Positions 29,199 to 39,728 are shown, numbered from the stretch's first letter. The stretch: 64,000 bases of DNA from Alphaproteobacteria bacterium (GCA_013288335.1 JABDCC010000001.1:38862-102861); one strand, 5' to 3'. Notes: generated by a model not told the origin, from the letters alone. A program made the numbers and translations.

Positions 29199-31382
29199 AT
29201 GTCTCAAAGAGAAAATATGGTCAGCAAATCAACCAATAAACCTGTTATTACAAATAGTTCCGAGCGGTTCATCAATCGTGAGCTGTCTTGGCTTGCGTTC
29301 AACGAACGTGTGCTCGAAGAGGCGGCGAATAAACGCAACCCGCTTTTGGAACGGATAAATTTTCTTTCCATTTCTGCCACTAACCTTGATGAATTCACCA
29401 TGGTCAGGATTGCTGGTCTCATGGATCACATCCGCCTAAACTCAACACTAGTAAGCGACGATGGTCTAAAACCGCAGGAGCAACTCACTCGTATTAACGA
29501 ACGCATTCGTTTTATTACGAAGCAGCAGCAGAAAATCTGGAATAAGCTACATCACGAACTTTCCATAAACGGCATAAAAATATTAGAACGCGAGGCGCTT
29601 ACTGCTCACGAGATAAAATGGCTGCAGGATTATTTCATGGAAAATATTTTTCCGGTATTAACCCCGATAGCGCTTGATCCGGCGCACCCATTTCCTTTCT
29701 TGCCCAATCTCGGCCTTGCGCAATTATTCCTGATGTCGCGCGGCAGCCGCAAGCAGGAGCAGGTGGTGGTTATTCCACTAGCACATAAATTGCCGCGTTT
29801 TATTGCATTGCCTTCTGCATCCAAGAAAAAAAGCAGCAATATGCGCTTTATCCGTTTAGAGGATGTTATTGATCTGAACCTGAATGTATTGTTTCCGCGC
29901 TCGCAGAAAAGCGCATCCACACTCATGAAGATTGTGCGTGACTCGGATCTGGACATTGAAGATGAGGCTGACGATCTCGTGCGTTACTTCGAGCGCGCGG
30001 TAAAACAACGCAGGCGGGGTCGGGTGATTCGCATTAAGATTGCAATGGCAACGCCGCCGGAGCTTAAGCAGTTTATTGTATCGCAAATGCAGGTTGAAAA
30101 AGACGACGTGGTGCATGCGCAGGGTGGAATGATTGGGTTGTCGAGCCTTGCTGAAATTTATGCATGCGATCGTCCGGATTTAAAATTTACTCCTTACAGT
30201 GTTCGCTTTCCTGAGCGCATCGCCGATTATAGTGGAGATTATTTTGCGGCCATTGAAGCTAAGGACATCGTGGTGCATCACCCCTTTGAGAGTTTTGACG
30301 TGGTTGTGCAGTTCCTGCGTCAAGCAGCAAGGGATAAAAACGTCGTTTCCATTAAGCAGACACTTTACCGCACCAGTCAGGATTCTCCGATCGTACAGGC
30401 ATTGATCGAAGCGGCGGAAGCTGGAAAATCCGTAACTGCAGTGGTGGAACTCAAAGCACGTTTTGACGAAGAAGCCAACATCAAATGGGCGCGCGACTTA
30501 GAGCGGGCAGGAGCACAGGTGGTGTTTGGATTTGTGAATCTTAAAACCCATAGCAAAGTCTCGTTGGTGACGCGCAGGGTAGAAGGCAAGTTGCGTTCAT
30601 ACGTCCATTTTGGCACAGGCAATTATCACCCTACAACCGCCAGGGTATATACGGATTTGTCATTCTTCACCTGTGATCCGCTGCTTTGCCGCGACGTTGC
30701 GCAGTTGTTTAATTTCCTGACCGGTTACGCGCAGCCTAAGTCGCTTGCCAAAATTGTTATCGCCCCGCGTGGCATGCGCAGAGAGCTTATTAAGTTGATT
30801 GATGCGGAAATTGCGCTCGCCAAATCTGGTAAACCCGCGGCCATTTGGGCGAAGATGAATTCGCTGGTGGATGTAGAAATTATTAATGCGCTCTATAAAG
30901 CATCGCAGAATAATGTGAAGATTCAGCTGATTGTACGTGGGATATGTTGCCTGCGCCCCGGCGTCCCTGGCTTATCGGAAAATATTCACGTAAAAAGCAT
31001 TGTTGGGCGGTTTTTGGAACATGCGCGGATTTTCTGCTTCAGCGGCGGGCACGCGCTGCCCTCGCCGCAAGCAAAGCTTTATATTTCTTCTGCTGATTGG
31101 ATGCCGCGTAATTTCGATTGGCGGGTGGAAGCTATGATACCGATTGAAAATCCGACGGTGCATACACAGATATTAAGCCAGATTATGGTGGCTAATATCA
31201 AGGATGAGAAAAACTCGTGGAATCTCTTGCCAGACGGCAGCTATAAGCGCGTGCGCGCAACTGATAAGAGTTTCTCTGCCCATGAATATTTTATGAATAA
31301 CCCGTCGCTTTCCGGACGCGGAAAAGCGCTGAAGAAAACCAAAATTCTGTCGAAGAATTTATACAAGCTGATGAAGAAATGA
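29199..31382 (+). CDS. ppk1: Polyphosphate kinase 1
   Basis: INRELSWLAFNERVL, HPFP, HHPFESF, ELKARFDEE, KTHSK, GRFLEH. Confidence 0.97.
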   Translation: MSQRENMVSKSTNKPVITNSSERFINRELSWLAFNERVLEEAANKRNPLLERINFLSISATNLDEFTMVRIAGLMDHIRLNSTLVSDDGLKPQEQLTRINERIRFITKQQQKIWNKLHHELSINGIKILEREALTAHEIKWLQDYFMENIFPVLTPIALDPAHPFPFLPNLGLAQLFLMSRGSRKQEQVVVIPLAHKLPRFIALPSASKKKSSNMRFIRLEDVIDLNLNVLFPRSQKSASTLMKIVRDSDLDIEDEADDLVRYFERAVKQRRRGRVIRIKIAMATPPELKQFIVSQMQVEKDDVVHAQGGMIGLSSLAEIYACDRPDLKFTPYSVRFPERIADYSGDYFAAIEAKDIVVHHPFESFDVVVQFLRQAARDKNVVSIKQTLYRTSQDSPIVQALIEAAEAGKSVTAVVELKARFDEEANIKWARDLERAGAQVVFGFVNLKTHSKVSLVTRRVEGKLRSYVHFGTGNYHPTTARVYTDLSFFTCDPLLCRDVAQLFNFLTGYAQPKSLAKIVIAPRGMRRELIKLIDAEIALAKSGKPAAIWAKMNSLVDVEIINALYKASQNNVKIQLIVRGICCLRPGVPGLSENIHVKSIVGRFLEHARIFCFSGGHALPSPQAKLYISSADWMPRNFDWRVEAMIPIENPTVHTQILSQIMVANIKDEKNSWNLLPDGSYKRVRATDKSFSAHEYFMNNPSLSGRGKALKKTKILSKNLYKLMKK

Positions 31383-31384
31383 GT

Positions 31385-34300
31385 TTACGCAGCTAATCCA
31401 AGCTTGTAATTCTGCTCCACATTCTTTGCCCATTGCGGGCTTGTATAAGCGCGCGGTGCATGTTCGAAACATTCAAAGATCGTTCCCATGTTAGGATAAA
31501 TAGTCTTTTCATAGATTTCACTGCCACGTTTAATTTCTTCGTTGGTTTGTTCGGCGTTTTTTTCGCCCCGCTCCACCTTGCCAGTGAGCTGATTAAACAA
31601 ATTCGCTAGAGTATTGCGTGGGCCTTTCATATTATTACGGGAAATCTGTAGTTGTTCACGCAGAGCCATTGGTAAGGTTTTGAGGATTGCAGAGGCTGCT
31701 TCTGCCCCGTTTTTGATGGTATCAGGAGCCTGCCCAATGACAGATTGGTGTAGCTTGAGTAATTCACTTGCCACCGTGTTATATTCAAGATGGATTTTTG
31801 CAAGGCAATAAATAGCAGATGCTTTTCTATCATCAGCAGATGGTTTTGTTGTTGCCAATTCTTTGAGGCTTGCTTCATCAGGGGCTTTATCGAACCCCAC
31901 ATATTTCCAGGCGACATCCATATCAGTCATGACAATACCGTAAGTCATACGATTAATTGTATCTTGTGCTTTTGGATCGTATAAATACATTTGTTTGAGA
32001 GTAGAAAGATCGCCCTTTAAATATTCACTCGCTCCATAAAATAGCGGTGCACAAACACCTGCCGTATTCAAATTTGCACCGAATCCAATGGCGCGCGTTT
32101 TATCAACATTCACCAAGGGTGGAAATACTTCGGCCACTTTAGCGGCACTTGTACGTACCACTGGACGTGCCGCATATTGCGTGAGTTTTACAAACGGCTC
32201 GGCAGTATAGCTCATGAGTGCAGCGAACTCTTTAGATTTTTCTGGGTCGTAAAGTTCGTGATATTTATTAATCATGGCATAGGTACGCGGTTTTGTCTCA
32301 TTTTCCCAGAGAGCGGAATTTGCTCCAAGCGCCGCCATATTACTCATATTTAAACGGCAAAGCGTTTTGCGATCATCTGCAGATATATATTTCGCTAGCG
32401 GCATAATTTCGACGAGTGGAGTTTTTTCTTTTACCGCATCTTCCCATATTTGATGCTTTTCTTCCGCCGTTTTATTGCCAAATACCTGGCCTAATTTTGT
32501 GCGCACATAACGGGTGATTAAATCAAGGGTCTTTTGCGCATAGTTCGCAACCGCTTGACGCATAGAGCGGCCCTGCGTTGTCTCTGATTGTGTACTTACG
32601 GGTTGTGAACGATGAACACCGCCACCGCAGCCGATATAATCAATCAGCAGAATCGGCTTTTCCATATCGAGCAATGCTTCGCGCGTTCTTTCCATTGCAT
32701 CGCCCATGGCAGCGCCTGCAGCAGTGCCACCGGCTTTGGTGACGTCACTGCCGGCACCCATCATGGTTTTTACACCTTGTACTTCTTTTAATTCATCGCC
32801 GGGTTTGGGAGTTAATCCATACTGAAGCTTGGCTTCAGCTACAGTAATCCTTCTTTTACCTTTATCGAGCGAATAATCGGTGAGTAAGTTTTCTGAAGTT
32901 TTAATGCCAATATGATGAGCCCCAAACCATTTGTTATTCATGGCACCGACGGTCATTTCCACGGCAGGAATCTTTTTGTTCTCATCTTCCATTACGCGAT
33001 CGGGATGCTCAACGAGATTGACGATCTCTACTTTATTTTTGATTTTATTTTCAGGGTCGCGGATCTTTTCCATGACTTTCAAGAGAAAGAACGCTTCCAG
33101 CAAATCACTCTTACTGCGGCATTCGGCGATCAAGTATTGTGGAATTTTGTCCGGGTTCTCCACAGCAAGACCGAGTGATTCCATTACTTGATAGAACTTA
33201 TAATCTTTGCTCTCAAGAAACTCATCGATCTTGCTCTTAAATTTCTTTTCTTCGTTAGTAAGTTTATCTTCGTCAGTCAGTTTTCCTTCTTTAGTGAGTT
33301 TTTCTTCTTTTTTTGCTTTTTCCTGTAGTTTAGCATATCTTTCAAAGTCAATTTTCCCCAGATCAGCCTTTATTGCGGCTAATTTCTTGGCGACATTTTT
33401 AACCACGGAAGCGCTGAATTCAGGGCTGGAGCCATCCAAAAACTTATCAAGCATACCTTCAATCGCCGAGGAGTCATTTTCGTCATGAAGTTTTTCGGTG
33501 TTAGGTTTATTATTTTCAGGTAATAAATCGATAAGTGAATCCACCACTTGCTGATGCCTGTCAGCATTCTGGCGAATTTGAACGCTCTGAGCGGAATCTT
33601 TGCAATTCATCACCTGGATAATAAGTGCATCTATAGAGGTAATTCTGGAGTCTTTATTAAAGGTAAATTTACGCACTGTTTCATTAGTACGTAGATCTTC
33701 CAGATCTTTTATAATTTCATCAGTATCTTTATATATTTCTATATCAGCGTTGTTAAGCTGTGGCAGCTCTGACTGGAATTTTCTAAAGAACTCTGAAGTA
33801 GAAAAGGGTTCATATACTTGTGTAGAGGCACTGAAACTATTATTAGGGGATTCGCCCTTTAATACATCACTTGCAACTCCTGAAGTAATAACACGGGGCG
33901 TTGAATGTGCCTCGGATGAGGTTTTAAGCAGGCGATACATAATTTTCTGCATTTTTTCTTGCGCTGCTGCATCTAGGCGATCAAAGCCATTGCTACCCAT
34001 TGCAACGAGCTTGCGGTAATAACGATCCATCGCTGCTCTGTGATTTATATTAACGCCTTGTCTTAGCTTATCGACCGTCATATCTGGTTTACTGTCTTGA
34101 TCACCAGGAGACCAGGTTCTAGCTTGCACAAGGTAAGCAAAGTTTCTTAGTTCTTCAAATTCCATATCGCGTGAATTTACCTGAACGGCATCCATAGCTG
34201 CTTCAGCAATTCTTGGTACAGAGTCAAACTGGCGTTGTGAAAAACCAAGGCCGCGATACATTTCCTGATTTATAGTAAGGCTTTCTTCAACCGGCTTTGA

Positions 34301-34795
34301 TATGGCTTCTCCCAGTGCTTTCAACGCATTTAATAATTCCTCATTACGATCCGGAGTTAAATTTTTGTGAAGAGGCGAGCCAGTATTCAACTTGAATAGA
34401 TCGGGTACAGCAAAAAGCGCCTTTACCACCTTTTCTTCTGCCATGATAGCCTCGGCACTTAACACTTCAGTAGGGTGAGGAGTTTGTACATATTTCTTCG
34501 TATAACCTTGAAGGTTATTGAGTATCATGTCTTTTACTTGCTGCGCATCATGTCCAGCGCCGGTGGTTAATTTCTGATAAATATCCGCCAATGCACCGCC
34601 AGGTTTTAATTCCTGCTTGTCGGTAGTTTGCAAGACACCAGCTACATCAGAAATACACCTATTTATAATTTCCTTATAAAACTCATTAGATTCTTGAGAT
34701 GATTCCGGACCTGAATAAACACTCAGAATTTTTTCTAAGATGGGACCAAGGTTTTGTGTGCCCTTTTCTTCAAGATTCTGAACATGTGTTGCCAT
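31385..34795 (-). CDS. Highly divergent phosphoenolpyruvate-carboxylase-fold protein
   Basis: Colinear degenerate PEPC motifs: TPHPTE, TWSPGDQDSKP, IRQNADRH, YLIAE..S.SDLL, NLVE, GSDVTK.GG, IGCGGGVHR, TTQG, ARPVVR, RAIGF. Confidence 0.85.
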   Translation of the reverse strand: MATHVQNLEEKGTQNLGPILEKILSVYSGPESSQESNEFYKEIINRCISDVAGVLQTTDKQELKPGGALADIYQKLTTGAGHDAQQVKDMILNNLQGYTKKYVQTPHPTEVLSAEAIMAEEKVVKALFAVPDLFKLNTGSPLHKNLTPDRNEELLNALKALGEAISKPVEESLTINQEMYRGLGFSQRQFDSVPRIAEAAMDAVQVNSRDMEFEELRNFAYLVQARTWSPGDQDSKPDMTVDKLRQGVNINHRAAMDRYYRKLVAMGSNGFDRLDAAAQEKMQKIMYRLLKTSSEAHSTPRVITSGVASDVLKGESPNNSFSASTQVYEPFSTSEFFRKFQSELPQLNNADIEIYKDTDEIIKDLEDLRTNETVRKFTFNKDSRITSIDALIIQVMNCKDSAQSVQIRQNADRHQQVVDSLIDLLPENNKPNTEKLHDENDSSAIEGMLDKFLDGSSPEFSASVVKNVAKKLAAIKADLGKIDFERYAKLQEKAKKEEKLTKEGKLTDEDKLTNEEKKFKSKIDEFLESKDYKFYQVMESLGLAVENPDKIPQYLIAECRSKSDLLEAFFLLKVMEKIRDPENKIKNKVEIVNLVEHPDRVMEDENKKIPAVEMTVGAMNNKWFGAHHIGIKTSENLLTDYSLDKGKRRITVAEAKLQYGLTPKPGDELKEVQGVKTMMGAGSDVTKAGGTAAGAAMGDAMERTREALLDMEKPILLIDYIGCGGGVHRSQPVSTQSETTQGRSMRQAVANYAQKTLDLITRYVRTKLGQVFGNKTAEEKHQIWEDAVKEKTPLVEIMPLAKYISADDRKTLCRLNMSNMAALGANSALWENETKPRTYAMINKYHELYDPEKSKEFAALMSYTAEPFVKLTQYAARPVVRTSAAKVAEVFPPLVNVDKTRAIGFGANLNTAGVCAPLFYGASEYLKGDLSTLKQMYLYDPKAQDTINRMTYGIVMTDMDVAWKYVGFDKAPDEASLKELATTKPSADDRKASAIYCLAKIHLEYNTVASELLKLHQSVIGQAPDTIKNGAEAASAILKTLPMALREQLQISRNNMKGPRNTLANLFNQLTGKVERGEKNAEQTNEEIKRGSEIYEKTIYPNMGTIFECFEHAPRAYTSPQWAKNVEQNYKLGLAA

Positions 34796-34954
34796 ATTTA
34801 TTCCTCAAAGTGCTTTTTTCAAAATTTAACTTCACAACAATTTCCATTGATGTATTAGACTATCACTCTACCAAAAATTAGTTAATTTTTGCTAAAAGAA
34901 TTGTTAAGATTTGGTTACAACGCCATTTTTATTGGCTTTTTTATGGGATAGCCT

Positions 34955-36463
34955 ATGCCCACACCGCATTATCATTCCACATGGCGGACATCCGGCGAAA
35001 TGCCGCATGAAGGGCGGCTTGGCGTCATTGATATAGGCTCCAATTCCATACGCTTAGTGGTGTATGATGGCATAAAACGCACTCCTTTGCCGATATTTAA
35101 CGAAAAAACCTTCTGCGGACTGGGAAAAGGCCTGGCCACCACTGGCAAACTCAACCCAGAAGGCATAAAGCTCGCCGAAGAATGTATAAAGCGCTTTCTG
35201 GCGCTCGTGCGCATCATGGATGTGGTGGAATTACAAATACTTGCAACCGCTGCGGTGCGTGATGCATCTGATGGCGCGGCATTTGTTGAAAGCTTAGAGC
35301 GCAAATACCGTGTGAACATCATGGTGATTTCCGGCAAGAAAGAAGCGCAGCTTGCGGCATCAGGAATTTTTTCTTCTATATATAAACCCGAGGGATTAGT
35401 CGGCGATTTAGGTGGCGGCAGCATTGAACTTATCGGCATTGAGCGTGGCAACGTGAAAGGGCAGACCACTATACCTATAGGGCCACTACGTTTGCTCGAT
35501 ATAAGTAAGGGTGAAAAATCTAAAATCACCAAAATTGTTAGCGATGCGCTCGATGAAGAAAAATGGCTTGAGCAAGTACATCCGCAGCATTTCTATGCGA
35601 TCGGCGGTAGCTTCCGTGCGATTGCGCATATGCATATGGCGAAGGAAAAATACCCGCTTGATATCGTCCATCATTACACAGTGAAAAACGGCGCCATCCG
35701 CAAATTGCTCAAAGATATTATCAGTTCCAGCCCCCAGGAAATCAGCAAAATGCCGGGAGCGCGCAGTAAACGTGCCGAAGCGCTGCTGCCCGCTGCCATT
35801 GTGCTTGAGCGTATATTGGATCTCACTAACCCGATAGATGTTATTTTTAGCACTAGCGGCATACGCGAAGGGTACCTCTATGAGAATCTTTCGCCATTTT
35901 TGCGTAATGAAGATCCGTTGATTGCATCCTGCACCGATCTGGCTTCACAAAATGGCAGGGTTCCAGGATTCGCGCGTGAATTATTCGCCTGGATGACACC
36001 ATTATTCGCGGAAGAAAACGAAACCGATCGTCGCCTGCGTTTTGCCACCTGCATACTCTCTGAAATTGCCTGGCGCATTCACACCGATTACCGTGCGGAA
36101 TGGTCTTTTTACCGGATAATACAATCGACATTGATTGGGCTTTCGCACTCTGAGCGCGTGACTTTGGCGCTGACATTATACCATCGTTACCAGTTCCGGC
36201 TTAAACATGATCTGGATTTGTTATCATTGATTAAGGAGCGTGACACCATCTGGGCAAAACTGGTAGGAACGGCTGCCAATCTCGCATTTCAGCTTTCCGG
36301 CGGCATGGCGGGTAATCTTGATAATATTACTATTACTGTTGGCAAAGATGGGGTTGACGTCGTTTGCGCACCGGAAATTCAGGATATTATGTCAGATGCA
36401 ATCAGAAAACGCATCGATGGATTAGGTGAAACCTTCAAAGCGTTTTCCAAGATTTCTAAGTAA
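34955..36463 (+). CDS. ppx: Ppx/GppA exopolyphosphatase
   Basis: IDIGSNSIRLVVY, ATAAVRDA, DLGGGSIE, GIREG. Confidence 0.95.
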   Translation: MPTPHYHSTWRTSGEMPHEGRLGVIDIGSNSIRLVVYDGIKRTPLPIFNEKTFCGLGKGLATTGKLNPEGIKLAEECIKRFLALVRIMDVVELQILATAAVRDASDGAAFVESLERKYRVNIMVISGKKEAQLAASGIFSSIYKPEGLVGDLGGGSIELIGIERGNVKGQTTIPIGPLRLLDISKGEKSKITKIVSDALDEEKWLEQVHPQHFYAIGGSFRAIAHMHMAKEKYPLDIVHHYTVKNGAIRKLLKDIISSSPQEISKMPGARSKRAEALLPAAIVLERILDLTNPIDVIFSTSGIREGYLYENLSPFLRNEDPLIASCTDLASQNGRVPGFARELFAWMTPLFAEENETDRRLRFATCILSEIAWRIHTDYRAEWSFYRIIQSTLIGLSHSERVTLALTLYHRYQFRLKHDLDLLSLIKERDTIWAKLVGTAANLAFQLSGGMAGNLDNITITVGKDGVDVVCAPEIQDIMSDAIRKRIDGLGETFKAFSKISK

Positions 36464-37002
36464 TTTTCTCTCGCAATTTCGATTACACCAAATTGCAACA
36501 GATGTTCATTTATATATTGAGTATCGAGCAGAATATACCCTGCAGCGCGAAGTTTATCTACCAGATGTATGAGGGCTATTTTGCTCGCATTGGTTGCGAA
36601 ACTGAACATGCTTTCACCAAAAAATGCCCCACCAATGGACACACCATATAGCCCACCGACCAGTTTTTTATCTTTCCAGCATTCTACACTATGAGCAAAA
36701 TTGCGTTCATGCAGTTCGCCATAAAGCGCAATGATTTCATCATTGATCCAAGTATCTTTGCGTCTTTCTGTTTTTACATCGGCACAATTTTGTATTACCT
36801 GTGTGAAGGCAGTATCAAATGTCACCTCATACGGACAGTGGCGCATGAATTTCTGCAAACTCCGAGGGACATGAAAACCATCAAGTGGTATAATGCCGCG
36901 GTGTTCGGGGGAGTACCAATATAATTCTTTTGCATTCCGGTTGTCTGCCATCGGGAAATAGCCACCCCTGTAAGCAGCAAGAAGATCGTCTGCCGTCAGC
37001 AT
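36379..37002 (-). CDS. aat: Leucyl/phenylalanyl-tRNA--protein transferase
   Basis: LL.AY..G.FPM, TWI, AHSVECW..LVGGLYGV..G..FFGESMFS..NASK. Confidence 0.95.
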   Translation of the reverse strand: MLTADDLLAAYRGGYFPMADNRNAKELYWYSPEHRGIIPLDGFHVPRSLQKFMRHCPYEVTFDTAFTQVIQNCADVKTERRKDTWINDEIIALYGELHERNFAHSVECWKDKKLVGGLYGVSIGGAFFGESMFSFATNASKIALIHLVDKLRAAGYILLDTQYINEHLLQFGVIEIARENYLEILENALKVSPNPSMRFLIASDIIS

Positions 37003-38649
37003 TTATGTCTCAACCGGGCCGACTTTACCCTCTACTTCTTTCGGTATGGTCACGGTGATGGTGGTACCTTTTCCTACTTCGCTCTGGATGCTGAAAGTGC
37101 CGCCCATAATCTCAACAAATTTACGGGTAAGCGGCAGGCCGAGGCCGGTACCTTCATATTTGCGTGAGAGTGAATTATCCACCTGACCAAACGGTGCCAT
37201 GGCACGCGAAATATCTTTCGGGGCAATACCGATACCGGTATCTTTTACTTCGATGGAGAGCGCGCCATCTACCACATTCTGCCACATGGTAACGGTCACG
37301 GCTCCGCCGGATGGCGTAAATTTTACCGCATTGGAAAGCAGGTTAAGCATAATCTGTTTAAGCTTTTTACTATCTGTTTTTATAATAAAATGTTCGCGCG
37401 GAATTTCTTCTACCAATGTAACCTGTGCGGATTCCGCACGCGGGCTCACCAAACGCATGGAGTTTCTGACTGACTTCGTCGCATCAATCTCACTTACCTC
37501 AAGTTCGAGCTTATCGGCTTCAGCTTTGGAGTAATCAAGAATGTCATTGATGAGGCTTAACAGATGCACGCCGGAGCTATGAATATCCCGTATATATTCG
37601 GCGTATTTAGCATTACCCATCGGGCCAGAACGCTCTAGTTTTATGAACTCAGAAAAACCAATGATGGCATTAAGTGGTGTTCGAAGTTCATGGCTGACAT
37701 TGGCAAGAAATTGCGATTTATCACGGTTCTCTGCCTGCGCACTTGCGGTTTGTGCGGCGAGTTCAATGTTAATTTCATGCTGCTTGGTAATAATTGATTC
37801 CGCGTGCAAGGAGGTAAACAGCAATGTCGAAATAATTACCAGGAATATGATAATCACACCGCCTGCGCCAATCTGGCGGAATTTATCAAGCCCATTCCAT
37901 TGCTCGGTCGCCTGATATTTGATTTCGATAATTGCCTCTACGCAATTGAGCGAAGGATTATTACTGTTATATTCTTTTTCATCTGGACAGTTTATCAGTT
38001 TTTCTTCGGAATTTTCTCCGGATTTATCATCTTTCAGTTTTACCAGTACATTGACGGAATTATTGTTTTGTATGATGGGGTAAAGGGTTTTTACGATAAC
38101 CCCGTTTGGTTTTTCGGTTCCATCGGGCCCGCGAATAGACTGGTTCTCAAGCACGACGCTGCTGATATTGCCGGAGCGGGCTTTGGCAAATTCCGAATCG
38201 CTGGGGTTAATATTTAAAGCATTAGAGCTCATAAGGCCCGAGGTGCCTTGTTCTATGTTCGAGCGGTCTATAGAGATAATGCTGGTACCGTCGGGATTAT
38301 AAATATTGACCTGGGCAATGTCGATATCTTCAAAATATTTAAATACGCCGCGGTTAAAATCATTAAACGCGTCGACCATTTCCTGATAGCCTTTATATTT
38401 GCTCCATTGATCGGGATTGATACCGGAAGATTTAAATTTTTTGTAAAGGCTTTCACCTTCGCGTTCGCGATCACGGTACGTTTTCCAAGTAGTATTGATA
38501 AATACTTTGGCAAGTGCCGAGTTATTTTTGCTGATAACGGTCAAAAAGTCCTGAGAGGCGCGTTCTTTAAAATAATTGCCCACAAGTATAGCGGCAAGCA
38601 CTACCACTACAAAACTTATGCCAGAAAACCAACGTATGTAGAAAAACAT
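37003..38649 (-). CDS. Membrane sensor histidine kinase, PleC/DivJ-like
   Basis: KSQFLANVSHELRTPLNAIIGFSE (PdhS/PleC-type H-box), NLLSNAVKFT, PFGQV, GTGLGLPL; two TM helices around a periplasmic domain. Confidence 0.88.
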   Translation of the reverse strand: MFFYIRWFSGISFVVVVLAAILVGNYFKERASQDFLTVISKNNSALAKVFINTTWKTYRDREREGESLYKKFKSSGINPDQWSKYKGYQEMVDAFNDFNRGVFKYFEDIDIAQVNIYNPDGTSIISIDRSNIEQGTSGLMSSNALNINPSDSEFAKARSGNISSVVLENQSIRGPDGTEKPNGVIVKTLYPIIQNNNSVNVLVKLKDDKSGENSEEKLINCPDEKEYNSNNPSLNCVEAIIEIKYQATEQWNGLDKFRQIGAGGVIIIFLVIISTLLFTSLHAESIITKQHEINIELAAQTASAQAENRDKSQFLANVSHELRTPLNAIIGFSEFIKLERSGPMGNAKYAEYIRDIHSSGVHLLSLINDILDYSKAEADKLELEVSEIDATKSVRNSMRLVSPRAESAQVTLVEEIPREHFIIKTDSKKLKQIMLNLLSNAVKFTPSGGAVTVTMWQNVVDGALSIEVKDTGIGIAPKDISRAMAPFGQVDNSLSRKYEGTGLGLPLTRKFVEIMGGTFSIQSEVGKGTTITVTIPKEVEGKVGPVET

Positions 38650-38940
38650 CTTTAACTCAATTTCGTTATAAATTTCTCTTTAAGCTGCAGATTATAAATT
38701 ACAACTACTAACAAAGCCCTAACGACTTCACGGTGATTTTTGGAGAAACTTTATGGCTGAAGGAAAGAATGGAAGTTAGTATACTGTATTATAATGATAA
38801 TAAACCAAATGTTGTAAATATACAACCTGCTTGTGAAATTTTTATTGGCTAAGTTTCTAAGCTTTGTTGACATTATCATGAACTGACATTATAAGTCGCA
38901 GCCCTAATATAGAATAGCCTGAAAGATAAGGAATAGCCTC

Positions 38941-39075
38941 ATGAAACGTACTTTTCAGCCCAGCAATATTGTTCGTAAGCGTCGCCACGGCTTCCGTTCA
39001 CGCATGGCAACGGTCGGTGGTCGCAAAGTGATTGCATCGCGCCGCTCAAAGGGTCGCAAACGCCTTTCTGCTTAA
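38941..39075 (+). CDS. rpmH: 50S ribosomal protein L34; not in the ORF track
   Basis: [44 protein letters not shown]. Confidence 0.97.
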   Translation: MKRTFQPSNIVRKRRHGFRSRMATVGGRKVIASRRSKGRKRLSA

Positions 39076-39123
39076 TTTTAGGGCCTAAAAAATAAAATAT
39101 TCCGTTAGCCTGGAGAATTCTCT

Positions 39124-39510
39124 GTGGCGATTACTATCATCAAAAAACGCGCTGATTTCTTGCTTGCAGCCAGCAGCGGCTTCAAGTTTGTGAAGTCTTC
39201 TGTGGTTGTGCAATCGCGCAAACGCGAACCTTCTTACATACCGGAATCAGATATACGCATCGGGTTTACCGCCACCAAAAAACTTGGCAATGCGGTCATC
39301 CGAAACCGTGCCAAACGCAGAATGCGTGAAGCCGCGCAACTGCTTATAACTGAATTTGGTATTGCTGGATGTGATTATGTGTTCATTGGTCGTGAGCCGG
39401 TCTATAAAGGAACCTACGAAAATTTATTAAGCGACATGAAACATGCGCTAAAGCGTCTTGGAAAAATGATGATGGAAAAAGAAGAGGCAGCTTCATGCAA
39501 AGAATCGTAA
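39124..39510 (+). CDS. rnpA: RNase P protein component
   Basis: [25 protein letters not shown]. Confidence 0.95.
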   Translation: MAITIIKKRADFLLAASSGFKFVKSSVVVQSRKREPSYIPESDIRIGFTATKKLGNAVIRNRAKRRMREAAQLLITEFGIAGCDYVFIGREPVYKGTYENLLSDMKHALKRLGKMMMEKEEAASCKES

Positions 39511-39728
39511 AGTTGATGGCTGTTTTGCCGATTCGTTTTTATAAATTTTTTATTTCACCTTTTTTTCCGGCTGCTTGTCGTTTTACTCCTACATGTTCTG
39601 AGTATGCTGTCGATGCCGTAAAAACTTACGGGGTTATAAAAGGTGGATTTTTAGGCGTAAAAAGAATCCTACGATGTCACCCTTTCGGCAAGCAGGAATA
39701 TGATCCGGTGCCGCAGAAAATGGATTAG
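39495..39728 (+). CDS. yidD: Membrane protein insertion efficiency factor
   Basis: [12 protein letters not shown]...G..KG......RILRCHP....YDPVP. Confidence 0.95.
   Translation: MQRIVKLMAVLPIRFYKFFISPFFPAACRFTPTCSEYAVDAVKTYGVIKGGFLGVKRILRCHPFGKQEYDPVPQKMD

Noticed and set aside
31385-34795. Calling the gene a normal ppc or a pseudogene
   Set aside because: Too many invariant PEPC residues are changed for ppc, yet the 3.4-kb frame is intact with an SD (gagg) and selective conservation.
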